A DNA stretch of 63,636 nucleotides, filler included, from Phoronis australis (lineage: Eukaryota > Animalia > Phoronida): NCBI GenBank assembly GCA_002633005.1. It is 10 parts of 10 records of this genome, joined end to end, with 100 filler letters (N's around TTAATTAATTAA, not from the genome) between each part and the next. Parts side by side here need not be neighbours in the genome. Positions count along the whole stretch, not along the records: positions 31,541 to 37,593 come from NMRA01002233.1; positions 37,694 to 48,755 come from NMRA01001717.1; positions 48,856 to 52,645 come from NMRA01002840.1; 7 more parts are not named here. One strand, 5' to 3'. The first letter of the stretch is position 1. Each line of letters starts with the position of its first letter. Shown here piece after piece: positions 36,287 through 50,250 of the stretch. Below the pieces are notes generated by a model, which saw only the letters and a program-made list of their open reading frames with translations, did no database searches and was not told the DNA's origin. The translations under genes and the position numbers were made by a program.

Positions 36287-39200
36287 CTGAAAAGCATTGC
36301 AGTGGTTTGGTCACTAAATGACTTATGGCAAAATACAAATTTGCTGCTGTGGTCACAAACAAAACAATATCATAACGGCACTGCCAAGCCATTTAGCAAA
36401 CGCTTAAAATCTGCATTTTCTAAGTGAAAACTTGTATGATGTCCACTATTTTCTGAAAGTTTAAATTCCCACCGAAACACAGTATGCTACCTCAAAACAA
36501 TAACTCTAAGTTTTAAATCATATTCAAAAAAGAGACATCAAAAATGCCACTCATCACATCAATGTTTTGCAGTTTGCATGGTTTATCGTGTGTGCTCCAC
36601 TGGTCCACTGTCTAGTAAAATCTCGATACTTCATCATTCCTGACCAACACTGATGATGTAAGCAGCCAACAGGTTCTCAGTTCTGAAACCAGTGTGGTGA
36701 AATGTGGAGTATTCCTTTCCCTGTTTTCTAAATGTAATGTAATTTCTTGGAGTTTCCGACATTCCACTCTCAAGATGATTTCCAATTGAAAGCAGACGAC
36801 ATCCCACAGTGCAAAGCCAAGAAAGCTCATTGGTCAATCATTCCCTAAATAACATCAACTGGCCAATCATGGAAGAGAAACCCTGTTTGTGCATTTACAT
36901 CATGCACTCTGCTCTTCAGGATCCCTAATTTACCAAAGTTTTTCGACGTCAATCTTTGCCGACTTGCTGCTTCAAAACGCCAATATTTTAAAGAACATTC
37001 TTTACTTTCAAGTGAGAAACACAAAATTCATAACATTTCAAAACATACACATGGGGATGTTTCGACCCTAAAAGTACGTAGAATGTGGAAAAATTTGTAA
37101 CAGTTAGCTTCTGTTATTAATATCACAGTACGCTCTTAGTCTACATGGTTAAAATGAGGCAGGATAAAAAGATTCATGCAAACATGAACGGATACCTCTA
37201 TAGTTTTAAAATATTGGTAAATTGGAAAAACACAAAGCTTTTTATTTATGAATATAGAGCAGATGATGACACAGTATTACCAGTATGAGTGCTCTCCATA
37301 GTGGTTTCACTTTGTGCAGTCGACATATTGGACTCATCCACACTGCTAGACTCCACATAGTATACATCCTGACTACCCCTTGGTCTAGAATGGAACAAGA
37401 TGTTTTAGATTTTATGATACCAGCAGTAATTGGAAAACCTCATCACAACTCAATTATGAAACAGGATGAAAATGAAAGTTAACAGAGTTTATTAAATAAT
37501 GACATAAATAGAGTAATAATGAAACATAATTTATGGAATGGATGATGCAAGCTTAAGATGACACATTTATACAGGTTTTGGGAGCAGAGAGGGNNNNNNN
37601 NNNNNNNNNNNNNNNNNNNNNNNNNNNNNNNNNNNNNTTAATTAATTAANNNNNNNNNNNNNNNNNNNNNNNNNNNNNNNNNNNNNNNNNNNNGGGACTG
37701 ACAACGCCCGTTAGAGCGCGTTGCGCATGTCGCGGATCACGGGACATAAGCACTAACGATGAGAGGGCGCTGCACACGCAGGATAGAAAGTTTCCGGTTT
37801 TACGGAGCTGTCGCGTTCCCTCGTTTCTTGAGTCAAGATTTGTTAAAGTAATGAATTGAATTGCTTGAATTTTTGAGTTTTTAAGACTTGTAAAAATAAA
37901 ATGCTCTCTGTCATGTCATTTAAAACATTCACAAGATAATTCAGACATGTTATGAGTTATTAACGCCAGAAACGTCTTCAGCTGATTTTCCCATGTTTAC
38001 ACTTACACAGTCGCATCAGCTGATTTTTGGTTGCAATTAGTATTGGTGTTTGTTTAAATTGAGTACCGTACAAATCAGCTCATAATCATAAGCACAAGTA
38101 TTAACCAAAAAAATGAATTTGTAACGATGTTACACAATAAATATTTGTAATTCACACAGATTTGTTCCAGGGGGAAGGCCCAAAGGCTAACTGACATTGA
38201 CATATCATTTGCAAAACTTGAGTGTCAAAAGCTTGCGTGTCAAAAACTTGCTGTCACTACTATCATAGGCCAAAAGTACATTGAAAGGCAACTTCTAAAC
38301 ATAGCTACAATTATGCAAAATTGGTTCGATACATGACACTTGTTGCTGTTAACAATCTTTATTCCATTCCGTTCGTATCGTCAGAGCATTGGCAAAAAAA
38401 CTGACCAAGAGACAACAAATGATATTTCGAAACATACTTGTTTCATTAAGTGGAAATAAAATGACACAGTAATACCACCACAGAGAAAAAGCTAGTAAAA
38501 TATGCAAGGGTACACAGTAGGTGTGGAATACTGAAAAGACTAACAAATAGAGGGGGTAACAAGAATGTGGCGTAACAAGTACAGCACGACCATGTTTGTT
38601 GCTCATTCAAAACGGGCTTCGTGAATGTAATCAAAAGGGACTCTCAATATTTTCAATAGCAGCACATCATGCTCTCCATGTCGACTGAGTTGACGTATTT
38701 TCCACAGTTTCTTGACGAGTGATACTTATGATTATGAAGGTGGGCATGCTCATTAAGACCTATTGTATATTTCTCTCTTTCAGTATCTGAACATCCTCTA
38801 AATGTCACAAAATTAATACATAGAATATTTATAAAGTAATGTGGAACGAAGAGTTGTATCTGGAACTTGATTTTGTGAAAGTGAACTCTTCCCCCTGGAC
38901 TCTTCTACGGCTTTTTAACAAAAGACTGAGCTAATTTTCAATATTGCATTGAGCGTGAATGTTTAATTGCCACAACAGAATCAGTTCCACTATTGAGTTT
39001 TGGAGATAACCAGTGAATTGAAGAAGTCAAAATTTGGAAGGACCAGTTGGCACTGTAATATTCTTTAAGGTTTTGTGACGCCAACAGATATTCAACGTTC
39101 GAAAGGAAACTTGTATAGCACATTTTTTATAAATTAAGTTTTTGTACTTTACACACAGTGAAGGGAATTCAGTTTTAAGGGTTATATTTTTGCCTGCAGA

Positions 39201-41599
39201 AGAAAAAAATTATAACATGAAATGAAACCACCGACTGAAACAAAATACCACAAAATTTGAAATAGAGAACGTGAGAGGGAAAGACTCAGGTTATGAAAGG
39301 TGTTCTGTCAGTCTTATTTTTTGTGGTTATCAGATAGCACAGCACACACAAAATACCCATTTTTCATTTCTTTATTTCCCAGTTCCAGTGAGTAAGTAAC
39401 AGGGGTCTGGGATTACCCTGCCTTACTTTACAATTGTTAAGTGAAAAATGGCAACACGAATATACAATGGAATTGATTTTTACAATGACAAACAGGAAAA
39501 AACATAACAACATTACATAAAGTGTTGCATACATTTCTGAGAAGGAATACAAAAACACACTTTGCATACTATGTTTTACAAAATAGAGCTGTCAGAGCAA
39601 AGCAAAATACAAATTTCATCAGAAACACTTCAATAGTCTAAAATGGTAGTTTTAGACATGCCATTTATGTATATTTTTTAAATTGTTTAGGCGGCTCTCG
39701 AGTTATTTAATTTTTAGTCTCAAAAATAACCCTTTTTCAGCAAATAGCACCCAAAATTTTCAGACCACAAACAATATCAATTTTAGACAACTATATTTGG
39801 GAATCCATAGCTTACTGTGTTGCTAAAACAAGATATAGAGAGTCCTTTACAAGTATGTTAACAACATGACAACGTCACCAAACCATTTTTAAAACGACAA
39901 AACACTTCAAGAATTACCATGGTTCGGTGAAAATATTTCTTATGTTGCAAAATATTTTAAAACAATTCTAGAAATGAAATTGGTGTAAAAAATGAATTCA
40001 AAAATAGCAAAAACCAGAAACCTAGTTTTTTCAGAGTATTTCGTCATTTATTCAAAAATCTTTGAGGTTACATGAATTATTCTTTTTCCCCAAGTGAGAT
40101 CAATGTTTTCACAATCTTAAGTTACGCACCATATGATAAAAATGATCATGTCTATTTTCAATTAAACAAAATTAAATTGGACAATAAAATTTCAATGAAA
40201 TTTAAATCAATTTTATTCCTATCAAATAATATAGGAATTGAGAGCCGTTGTGTTAATGACCATCCAAAAATAGCATACTCATATTCTAAACGGTTTTGAT
40301 GCACTGCAGCCTTGAATAAACAATTTATTTAATGCAAAATATAATTTTTTTAAAATGAAACTGATTACAGTACCATCACAAGGTAGAAAACGTGTAATAA
40401 AATTTAACCCTGGAAAGGTCAGCATGATTCTTGAAAAATGACTGATTTTTTTGGAAGTATTGCTAAATGGAAATGGTGAGACGAAATGAAAAAAATTGAT
40501 GAGGAATGTATTAGGACACGATAGTATTTGTTACGTTGAGAGTACACTTGCAGGCTTTTTCCAGGTTAGAAATTGAAGAGGCATTAAATTAAAAAAACTT
40601 AATTTTTCCCATACTTTTATCAAAAAAATAAAAGAATACACTTAAGGCAGAATTTTTTAGCAAACAGTTTGACATCAATAGCGGATTTAGAGGGGGGCCA
40701 AGAGGGCTGCAAACCCCCCCCCCCCCCNCCCCTGGATATACATATCATTAAATTCGGTTCAGTAAAGGCCATTTAGCAACTGAAAATTTATCCCCTTCTC
40801 AAGTGCTGCAGTACTTCGATTTTTAAAAATATTCATGAATGCCCCCATTTGTTGAAACGGATATCAATATAAAGAAGAAAGTTTAAATATTTCGCTGGCA
40901 TACTTTTCATTTTCCACCACTTTTCATGCTAATATATATAAGCTTCTGAAAATCATGAAAAATGGCAAAATTTCGCTCTTGCTGAATTTTGGATATACCC
41001 GGTATTGGAATACATGTACTATGGCTTATTTATTGTAGACGTAGTGACGAATGAGAAACTACATTTAGGTGGAGCCAAAATTCATACAAAATCACAAAAT
41101 TCAAACTAAATGTCATCGTAAACGAGTGAGAATTCAACTAGTGAAAAGAATTATCCATTTAGCTCAACCTTTTCATTGGGCCAAACTCGATTCCTGTGTT
41201 GAACTGTGCCAGCAGGCGGGCCGATCAACAACAACTTGTCAAGTTAATTCCGACACGTTTCGTAGCAATAATCCGACTTGAATGGCTCACATACGCGATT
41301 TAGTTTGCCTTAAACACATAAAATTAATTTCAAACTCAAAAATTTGCTTGACGTGCGCGAAATAAAAACCAAAGTTCACCTTCGTTACTATATGCTTAGC
41401 CATGAGACCGGACGTTTTGAATCCTGCTCACGTACTTTTGCGTTAGGCCGCGAGACTTCACTTTACTAATATCCATGGGGCTACTGCCTGCTACCTGCGT
41501 GCTGGCTACCACCTAGCTGCACGCAGGGAACCAGCGAGCGCCGCGGTGCGTTTATACAAGGCGATTCCTTGTGGGATCTTACGGCATAATGCGAATTAA

Positions 41600-43265
41600 A
41601 GGAGAATGCCACCCATAAAACAACCCATTTTGTATCAATTTAGATTTAGATCGAGTAGTTCTACTCGATAACGGCGCGTTCAGTTGCGTTACCTGGCACC
41701 TGACGGCGGGCGGAGGTTTTGAAATTATCCAATGACGTAATTGGTTTAACACGCAGTCTGCTCAGCAGTTCACAACACGGGTTACTGGTGTCAGGTTATC
41801 GCTTGAGTTCATCGTTTAACACCAATAAATAATCGAAATTCGATGTAAAACCCTTAAAAATACACCGAGTTCTTATAAAAACGTTTTGTTTTGATTTCGC
41901 TGTTTCAGATTTATTTTTATTTGGACACACTGTAGCCTACAAAGTTCGGCAGGCCAATTTACCAAGGTCCATACCAGGAGTCTGGGGTTTGGTCGGAGAT
42001 AAATTCGAAGTATTCTTCCGTGAAATACAGACAGCAGAACCTAGAACTGTGTTGTTTAGACTTATGATTTTTTTGTTATCCCGACCAGAGCTCGTAACCC
42101 GATCAGGTCTGTCGCGCCGGACTGACTCGTTATCCCGGCCAGTGGCTCAGAACCCGATCAGGCCTGTCGCGACCACCGGGACTGGCACGAACATAAACCA
42201 GGTCGAGTTAGAAACTAAAACGACAGTCAGGAAAAGACTATAATGGTGAGCCAAAGAAATAATGGGAATTAGCCACGAAACTGAAAATCTACTTTACTAA
42301 TTGTCGGGGGCCGCAAAGCCGGGTTCCCCTTCCACAGACTGTCAGGTCAAAGGTTGTACAGTAACAATGATTTGAATAATGTAATTGTATTTCTGAATAA
42401 AGATTCCCGTAATATGTGACCATAGATATAAAATCGAGTAATTGTTTCACAACAGCTTTCTGTCAGCAAACACTGAATTAGCATGCGCTCACACGGCCTC
42501 GGTGCCCGGTCATTGCTGGTATCAAAACGCGGTAACGCAGTGGTTTATTCATTACTGGCATCTCAATTGCATTCACAAATACTGCAAAGGCATTACAACT
42601 TGTATCTAATGAGGCAAACTTTGTTTCAGTTTTATATAAGCATTGGTTAGGATGGAGAATAATTCATTTTGAAAGAATAATAAACGTCTACATAGCAACT
42701 CGCCCGGCGCCAATCCCGACTTAGTTAGTCAAGAGCTCAACCCACGAACACTGCACGGATCGGATCGATAGGTTTCACAGCTATCAATTCGAACCGGAAT
42801 ACACTGATCAAGAAATACTAGAGAGGCGCCGTGAACATGCACAGGCAACGGAACGTATGGATAGTTCTTTGGTAAGCCGAAATTCCTCGAAATCACTGTC
42901 GACGAAATGCCGGCCACAAACACGGAGATGTTTCACGGCCTCATACTTGCTATTAACAGCGTACCTTTCATTCTTCATTACCACGAACCACTTCCTAAGC
43001 ATTTCGGGCTCTCGATTAATTCGGAAAAAAGATACACCCGCTTTCTTCGCAGCTTCATAGTTTGGACAAGCGGGAACCGATGCACCGCGATATAGCGGCA
43101 TTCACTCTGCAGACGAACCACTGACGTCGCTGCGTCATTTCTCACCTTCCTCACAGGTTAACGAGACACCTCTCGGCAAGGTGAGGTCGACCGTATAAGA
43201 GGCGATGTGTATATAGACCGATTAAGAGGGTAAAAAAGACTAATTAAATCGGGTGGCATTCTCCT
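41600..43265 (-). mobile_element. Non-autonomous Kolobok-like DNA transposon retaining a THAP-domain ORF (43101-42808)
   Basis: TTAA|AGGAGAATGCCACCC...GGGTGGCATTCTCCT|TTAA (15-bp perfect TIR, TTAA TSD, RR..YY ends). The ORF reads SVPACPN...VSFFRI...LRKW...LRVCGRHFVDSDF, a THAP finger lacking its first Cys. The left end recurs at 58314-58641. Confidence 0.85.
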
Positions 43266-44378
43266 TTAAGGCGAGCGTACTTGCAATAAGGTCGAGATTT
43301 TGCTAATGACTGTAGACAGGGGAGTTAATTCTGGTCGAGAATGTGACTCCTCCCGATATAGTTGGGTACAGAGTAAACAAATTGGCTTGATTTCATTCCA
43401 ATGCATATTGCAAATTTGAGAGATTTGAAAAAGCGGCTTCATATGAACAGACTCTGCTTTTGTAAAATTTAACAGCCGTTTTTTACCATTATTAAACTGT
43501 TATTTTCCCATCACGATATGTTTCAAGTGCTCTTTAGAAGAATGAGGCAGATGTTGCTTACTATGGAATGTATTTTGATTTTTTTTGGTGCATTTTTATG
43601 AAAAAGATATTAAAGATCCATGCAGAGGTCAAGACGAATCCCGGAGTGGCCGGGCAAAGTCAAATATGACAAATTAGTGGTGGTTTATCTTACCGTAATG
43701 AACAATGAGTGTGTGGTAATATCGTGCCGAAAACATTAATTTTGGGATTGTTGTTGAACGGGAGAGACTTTTTGAAGTTATTGGCTTTGACCACGGTTAT
43801 ACACACACGCACCCAGGGTGGCTCGAACGAGAACCCTGTTTGGAAAAGTGGGCAAAAAGGTCCGCCTCAGAGAAACGAAAATTCCGGAAAAAGTAGAAAA
43901 CGAGACAAAAGTCCACTAAAAGGCAATAACATCAAAAATTCACGAATGCACAATTCATAGCTCGGAAAGAACCCCGTGAATCTTAGTAACAGGTCCACAT
44001 TCTCAAAAATTTGAGCCCCCATTTTTAGGCTGGGTGCGCGCATGTTATGGTTCTATAGAAAATCCCTAATTCTCGTTGTTTTCTGGCAGACGTTCGCTTC
44101 AATCAACGCCAGTATAAGGAACGCTTTTATTGTTCTCTGTCATTAATTGAGTGGTCAGAGGTTTAGCTCCATCATCGCAAAGGCCTCCAGCTAGTGTCGC
44201 TACAATCGAGGTGTGTAATTTATTCAGTTGTTACAGTGTATTTCCGTTTGATATGATACTACAGAATAGTATCATGAAAATTGATAATAATAAGACATGA
44301 AACGCAATTGGGCCAACATGTCTGAATCGTCCAGGCAGACTTGCAAAACGTGCTTGCTGATTTTATAATTTCCGCCAG

Positions 44379-47289
44379 GGTGCAAGGGGCTTCCCTGGAA
44401 TTCCTGGAGTCGATGGTCAGCAGGGCAAACAGGGATTACCTGGCCCCAGAGGTGAGCGAGGAATACCAGGATGCAATGGCAAGGACGTAAGTACACTCTG
44501 TCGATTTTCACCACCAGATTTCAACACATGTGTAGTAAATTTTCCTTGGTAAGAGACGAATGATAGCGGATTTGCAGCGACGCCATATTGAAATTAGTTA
44601 AAATGGTGCATTGTGGGTGCTGTGGTCAGGATTCCGAAAGCGGCCATAGTAACAAGCTTAAAACGCGGTATGAGCGCGAAGAAAACTTACGGCGAATACA
44701 CTTGTGTTCCTGGCTGCTTCAAAAACAACAAGAGAGATAAAAATCTGAGTTTGTATGTGTTCCCTGCAAACCAAGAACTTTGTGAAAAATGGATAAACAA
44801 CATTAGGAGATCTGGGAGTAAGGGGAAATTTAGCGCATTCAAACGAACACGGGGCCATCTAGTAGGCAACACGTAGCCCCTCGGTTGGCCATGTAGGGGC
44901 TACAATACTNNNNNNNNNNNNNNNNNNNNNNNNNNNNNNNNNNNNNNNNNNNNNNNNNNNNNNNNNNNNNNNNNNNNNNNNNNNNNNNNNNNNNNNNNNN
45001 NNNNNNNNNNNNNNNNNNNNNNNNNNNNNNNNNNNNNNNNNNNNNNNNNNNNNNNNNNNNNNNNNNNNNNNNNNNNNNNNNNNNNNNNNNNNNNNNNNNN
45101 NNNNNNNNNNNNNNNNNNNNNNNNNNNNNNNNNNNNNNNNNNNNNNNNNNNNNNNNNNNNNNNNNNNNNNNNNNNNNNNNNNNNNNNNNNNNNNNNNNNN
45201 NNNNNNNNNNNNNNNNNNNNNNNNNNNNNNNNNNNNNNNNNNNNNNNNNNNNNNNNNNNNNNNNNNNNNNNNNNNNNNNNNNNNNNNNNNNNNNNNNNNN
45301 NNNNNNNNNNNNNNNNNNNNNNNNNNNNNNNNNNNNNNNNNNNNNNNNNNNNNNNNNNNNNNNNNNNNNNNNGATAACCCCAATACTGAACACGGCGACA
45401 GTCGTGCTCTCGGTCACACGGTCACTGATCATAGCTACGCTGTGTTTACAAACGAGAGAGAGGACTTGCTTGGTATTATAAAGCAAAAAATGAAACATGG
45501 TTTTTAGTTTGCAAATCACTCCAAATGCACACACTATCCAGCCTGCTCAAGACATGCCTGACCACAAGCTATCCCATGAGCCTTCGCGAAGGAAGTAACT
45601 CGCACATGCGCAATGCGTAGTTCGTCTGCGCTGCAAATCCGCTATTGAACTGACAAATGTAAGTTCCACGTCTCAGGTTGACTGCCGGCGCATGAAATCA
45701 GTCCATTAAGACAGACATGCAGGCATATGCTATACGCGTTTTTACTTGGATTTTGTTTTCACGAGACTTTTAATTCCCTAAGTACGTAACAACCATTTGT
45801 CTCATTGTTTCAGGGTGAGAACGGTTTACCAGGCTGGAATGGACAAAAGGGAAAAAAGGGTTCAGCGGTGAATATAATGTTTTGTTCACGCCTAAGTGAA
45901 GCATGTTGAACTCATTTATAATCTCTGTTTTGCATATCTGAGTTTACAAAAAAGCGAAATAATCGCAAGTACACAAAATTAGCATACCGTTGCACATGAA
46001 CAATACTTTTGACTCACCAAGATGAGTAAGTACTTCAGATAAGGCCACAGACGTAGCCAAGGTGGGGCACAATTGGGCCATGGCCCCGCCTATTCAGTTC
46101 ATAGATTTTTTCGGCGCGTGCAAGGCTGGGTAACTTGGATATTCATCAACAAAAAGTATTATTAGTGCGCAAGTAAGCTCCTTAGTCCTTAGTGCGGACT
46201 TTGAGCGACACAACGAGCAAGTAAAGTTTTCACGTCAGTCTTCATTCGTTCCTTAATCTGTTTTGATACCGTTTAGGAAGAAATCTCGCTTGCAGTCAGA
46301 TTGAACGACGTTTACGCGCTGACATTTCGAAGACGAAAAATATGTGATAAATATAGATAATTACATGGCGAAGTCGTTATACCCCGTTATCTGGAGCCCG
46401 AGTGGATTTTGGAGAATTATCACCCGAAGTCTGTTCGAAGAAATTGATATTAAATTTGACTTAAGTTTTGCACTTAAGTTTTGTCTTAAGTTCGACTAAC
46501 TTAACGGATGTGGAAGTTTCAAAGTTCAGAAGTTGAGACATACCCCCGACTTAAATCAAAAATGAACTTAACCCAGTTTCTTGGAACGGCTCCCCGGATC
46601 CAATAATGACGTCACACAAAAAACTTTTATTTTTGCGCTTATTTCTTGATTAAAAGTACACAATTGAAGAAGAAATACTTAAAATGTCATACCAAATCTC
46701 TAGGTAACCGAATTCAAACATTATCATATTGTGAAGGTTTTACTTTCATATATTTTAACTTGCTTTTATTTGCATTCAAGGGCGTACCTGGATTAAACGG
46801 CGCTAAGGGCGAAAGAGGGCTGGATGTAAGTAAATATCGAAGCTACTGGATTTATGCAGAAATAAGCGATTACCATGACCTATTCGATTATATGCGCAAA
46901 ATTATCTTACATCATATATTCTTCAAGTTTGTTAACCCATTCATACACTTGCTTCTCCGAGTGCTGTTACAAAACTGTTTCCAGGACAATGAGAAGACAA
47001 GATGAGAAAGCTGCTACTTCAATTCTGGCCGATATAATGGATGTTACAACATTCATGTTTTTGGCGAAATGCCTTTATCATTATTTTTTAGAAATTTTCT
47101 CATGAAACGCGTTTTTTACGAACAATGTATTTTCTTGCGGGTTGCAGTTTGAAAAATGGAAGACTGGCTACCTTGTCATTGATTGTTGTCTGTTGGTTAA
47201 TTTGACAGGGAATTCCCGGAAAAGTAGATATGACTTCGGCAGCGTTAAAAGCCATTGAGGAATCGGTTCTCCTGAAAGCTGGACTTAAG
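44379..47289 (+). CDS. Short collagen triple-helix-containing protein (partial gene)
   Basis: Phase-0 Gly-X-Y exons of 108 nt (44379-44486, [36 protein letters not shown]), 54 nt (45814-45867) and 45 nt (46781-46825). An 81-nt exon (47209-47289, [27 protein letters not shown]) then leaves the helix. All are AG/GT bounded. Confidence 0.85.
44565..45643 (+). mobile_element. Non-autonomous ISL2EU-like (PIF/Harbinger-related) transposon with a THAP relic, inside a collagen intron
   Basis: AT|AGCGGATTTGCAGCG...CGCTGCAAATCCGCT|AT (15-bp TIR, AT TSD). The ORF from ATG 44670 reads [10 protein letters not shown]...LSLYVFP...[10 protein letters not shown]...GHLV (THAP). After the 463-N gap an open frame contains DHSY (45427-45438). 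Confidence 0.75.
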
Positions 47290-47559
47290 GTGAGGCATAC
47301 CAAGCATGAAACTTTCATGTACCGTAGGTTACTGCAAGCGCCATTCCTTTACTTCGGCGGAACAAGAGGTCCACAATGTTTGACCGTTTTGCTCAATTCC
47401 AGGTGCAGTAGACTGCCTTGAGTTCTATGTTAGCATCAGCCAAGCTCATGGCTATTTCTTCCATCAACATCAGTCCGGGTTCTCGTCCATTTCATTGTGT
47501 TTGTAGAATTCTTGGTGACTTATTTTATCTTGACTGCCTCCAAAGGTAACTTTGTCTTT

Positions 47560-48179
47560 GATGTTGCTGTTACCTTTGCTGCAGCGTCTTTCGTTTTTTC
47601 TCACACTGTTTACGACCGCAAAAACAGCAGATGCTGTTACAGCTGATGGTGCTGTTGTTGCTTAAAACTACAACTATTTCTATTACTACCACTGGGCTTA
47701 TAGGACTGCTAACTGCTGAAACTCTCTACTACTATTAAAACTGTTTCTACAATTGCTCTTACTGTTCCTGTTGTTACTAGCGTGTTGTAAAGCACTGCTC
47801 TACTCTGCTGAGACTACCACTGCTTCTCCAACAGCAAGCATTGCCATAACTACAAGTACTACTACTACTGCTACTACCACTACCACTATTACTACAACTA
47901 TTACTACTATCACTATAACTACTACAAATATTACTAGGGTTAGGGGAATGGGCATATTGCAGCCCCTGAAAATAATCACTGTAACTTCTATAGAAGGTTT
48001 CAAGGATAGGGTTTATTTTGAACAAATTCTACCTCGGTACTGCCACTTCTGCCGTACTTCAACATATCAACTAATATTATTACCACTGCTACTTCTACTA
48101 CTAGTCTACTACTATTACCACCAACACCAACACTATTACTGAGTCTATGCAACATGCACTTCTGCTGCTGCTGCCGCCG

Positions 48180-48225
<46 letters not shown>

Positions 48226-48380
48226 TGCTGCTGCTGCTGCTGCTACTGTTACTACTACTGCTACTGTTACTACTACTGCTACTGTTACTGCTACTACTTC
48301 TGTGACTACTGTAGTGTACTATTACTCTTATTACTGCGACCACTGCTACTAATACTTCAACCTTTACTATTGCTATTGGA
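47560..48380. repeat. Compound trinucleotide microsatellite (CTA/CTG/CCG)
   Basis: (ACT)n-like, (CTG)n and perfect (CCG)n runs, which explain the homopolymeric ORFs. Confidence 0.9.
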
Positions 48381-49028
48381 ATTTTCGGTAGATCATATAC
48401 CGATCAGATGAAACGCCAGGGGTTGCTTATTTGGAAAATTATTCCGAATAAACGCCCGGGCGTTTGCTTGATGTTACCAAAACTCCTGAAAATTTTCATT
48501 TTCCGAATACACGCCCATTGGCTTATCTACAGAAAATCCCAGTACCACTAGTGTGTTCCAAAACTACTATCACGATACTACTATTTCTACTACTGTTGTG
48601 GTCCAGCCGTCGTTGTGGTTGCTCGAGTAATTGTTTAAGGGGAAAAATTCTGCAATTCTCGATAGTGCGACTTTGATCACCACAATCAACAAAATCGTAG
48701 TTTGTTAGTATAGTTAGACAGAGCAAAACGCTAGTTTGGTGAAGATTCCTATAAGNNNNNNNNNNNNNNNNNNNNNNNNNNNNNNNNNNNNNNNNNNNNT
48801 TAATTAATTAANNNNNNNNNNNNNNNNNNNNNNNNNNNNNNNNNNNNNNNNNNNNCAACTGTCCTATCGAAAATTCTTGCATAACTGCCACCTCTCTCAG
48901 ATTTGCTACACCAGGGGTGTGCCTAATTTCCAAGGATCGCTATTTAACTGTCACTCTAGTGACGTAGAATCTCAGTTGGTGTTTAACTATCTTATAGAAA
49001 ATTCTTGCATAACCGTGGGCGTGCCCAT

Positions 49029-49126
49029 CCTCCGAGGAATCTCAACTATCACAGAAGTATGCATATCCCCTGGGAATCCTCCGAGGAATCTCAACTATCA
49101 CAGAAGTATGCATATCCCCTGGGAAT
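49029..49126. repeat. 49-bp perfect tandem duplication
   Basis: CCTCCGAGGAATCTCAACTATCACAGAAGTATGCATATCCCCTGGGAAT occurs twice in tandem. Confidence 0.85.
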
Positions 49127-49436
49127 AATTTAAGACATGCTTGCATGCACGTGGGAAACAGTGCCTCATTATATTACAGTCGTCCATAGCTCTCTACCTT
49201 AGTGTTTCACCAAGTTCCCTATCCAATTTCAAACCTGGTGCACCTATTTTGTCATCTAGAGCCTCATTATTTCGGAAATGTGTTTTTATTTTACCACCGT
49301 CTTCATGTAATATATAATATATATAATATTGTAATGGCGAAGTCGTTATCTCCTGTAATCTAGAGCCTGAGTGGAGTTTGGATTTTGTTAGCGCTGAGGG
49401 CGATAATTCTACAAAATCCACGAGGGCTCTAGATAA

Positions 49437-50250
49437 GGGCTGTTCCAGTAAAATCCGTGTGGGGGGGACGGCAGTAGAAATAAAAATTCATGGGTGGTGG
49501 TCTTCAGAAAAAAACTCGAATTATGGGTGGTTGTTCCTGTAAGAAGTGATGCATTAAAAATGGGTGGTATTTTTTGACCTGTTAATGTTGACAGGTTGGT
49601 TACTTTAGCTGTCAAAACTCAAAAAAATGCAATAGGCATATATCCTAACTTATCCCAATACAAAAAACCCATATTGCCAGTGAGCAGAGTGCAATATGTT
49701 CACTAAACCATTAATCAAATCATGGGCAACTTGATTTGAGCCAACTGTTTGTCTGCAGTCCTATTGAATTGGAAAGTTATGCAACACTAAACTGGTGTTA
49801 ACACATATAAGAAAATTGATGATTTTTAAATAAAAAGTATGAGGAGTAAGATAAACAAGTTCCAATATTCACTTGACATAGAAGAAAAAAGAGTTCGTGG
49901 AGACAGTTTGAGATTCATAGATCCTTATAATTGAAAAAATGTTCATTGAATTTATAGACACATGGTGAACAGAGACACCTGATGGCTGCCAAAAGTATTG
50001 CTCACAGGGTACTTTAGTTTTTGACAATGTTGGACAAGACAACTAGTTCTTGTCTGTCAATCATCTAAGTTCTTAACAGGTCCTCCTGTAGGCAATTTGT
50101 TTGCAAGTGTTGGATTTTATATTTTAACCTATTAAAAATAATTAAAAAATTATGGGTCATGGGTTGGAGAAATAATTGAAAAATATGGGCGGTGGGTACG
50201 AAATAAAAGTGCTTTCCCCCCCTCTCATACAGATTTTGCTGGAACAGCCC
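49437..50250. mobile_element. PIF/Harbinger-type MITE
   Basis: TAA|GGGCTGTTCCAGTAAAATCCGTGTG...CATACAGATTTTGCTGGAACAGCCC|TAA: a TIR of about 25 bp with a 3-bp TAA TSD. Confidence 0.85.

Noticed and set aside
41380-41403. Possible first exon MAKHIVTK on the minus strand
   Set aside because: The donor is weak and no identifiable downstream exon was found in the contig.
44839-45534. Long ORFs of 231 and 174 aa
   Set aside because: They consist mostly of translated N gap.
47753-48411. Mucin-like, poly-Arg and poly-Gly ORFs
   Set aside because: They are microsatellite translations with no splice support.
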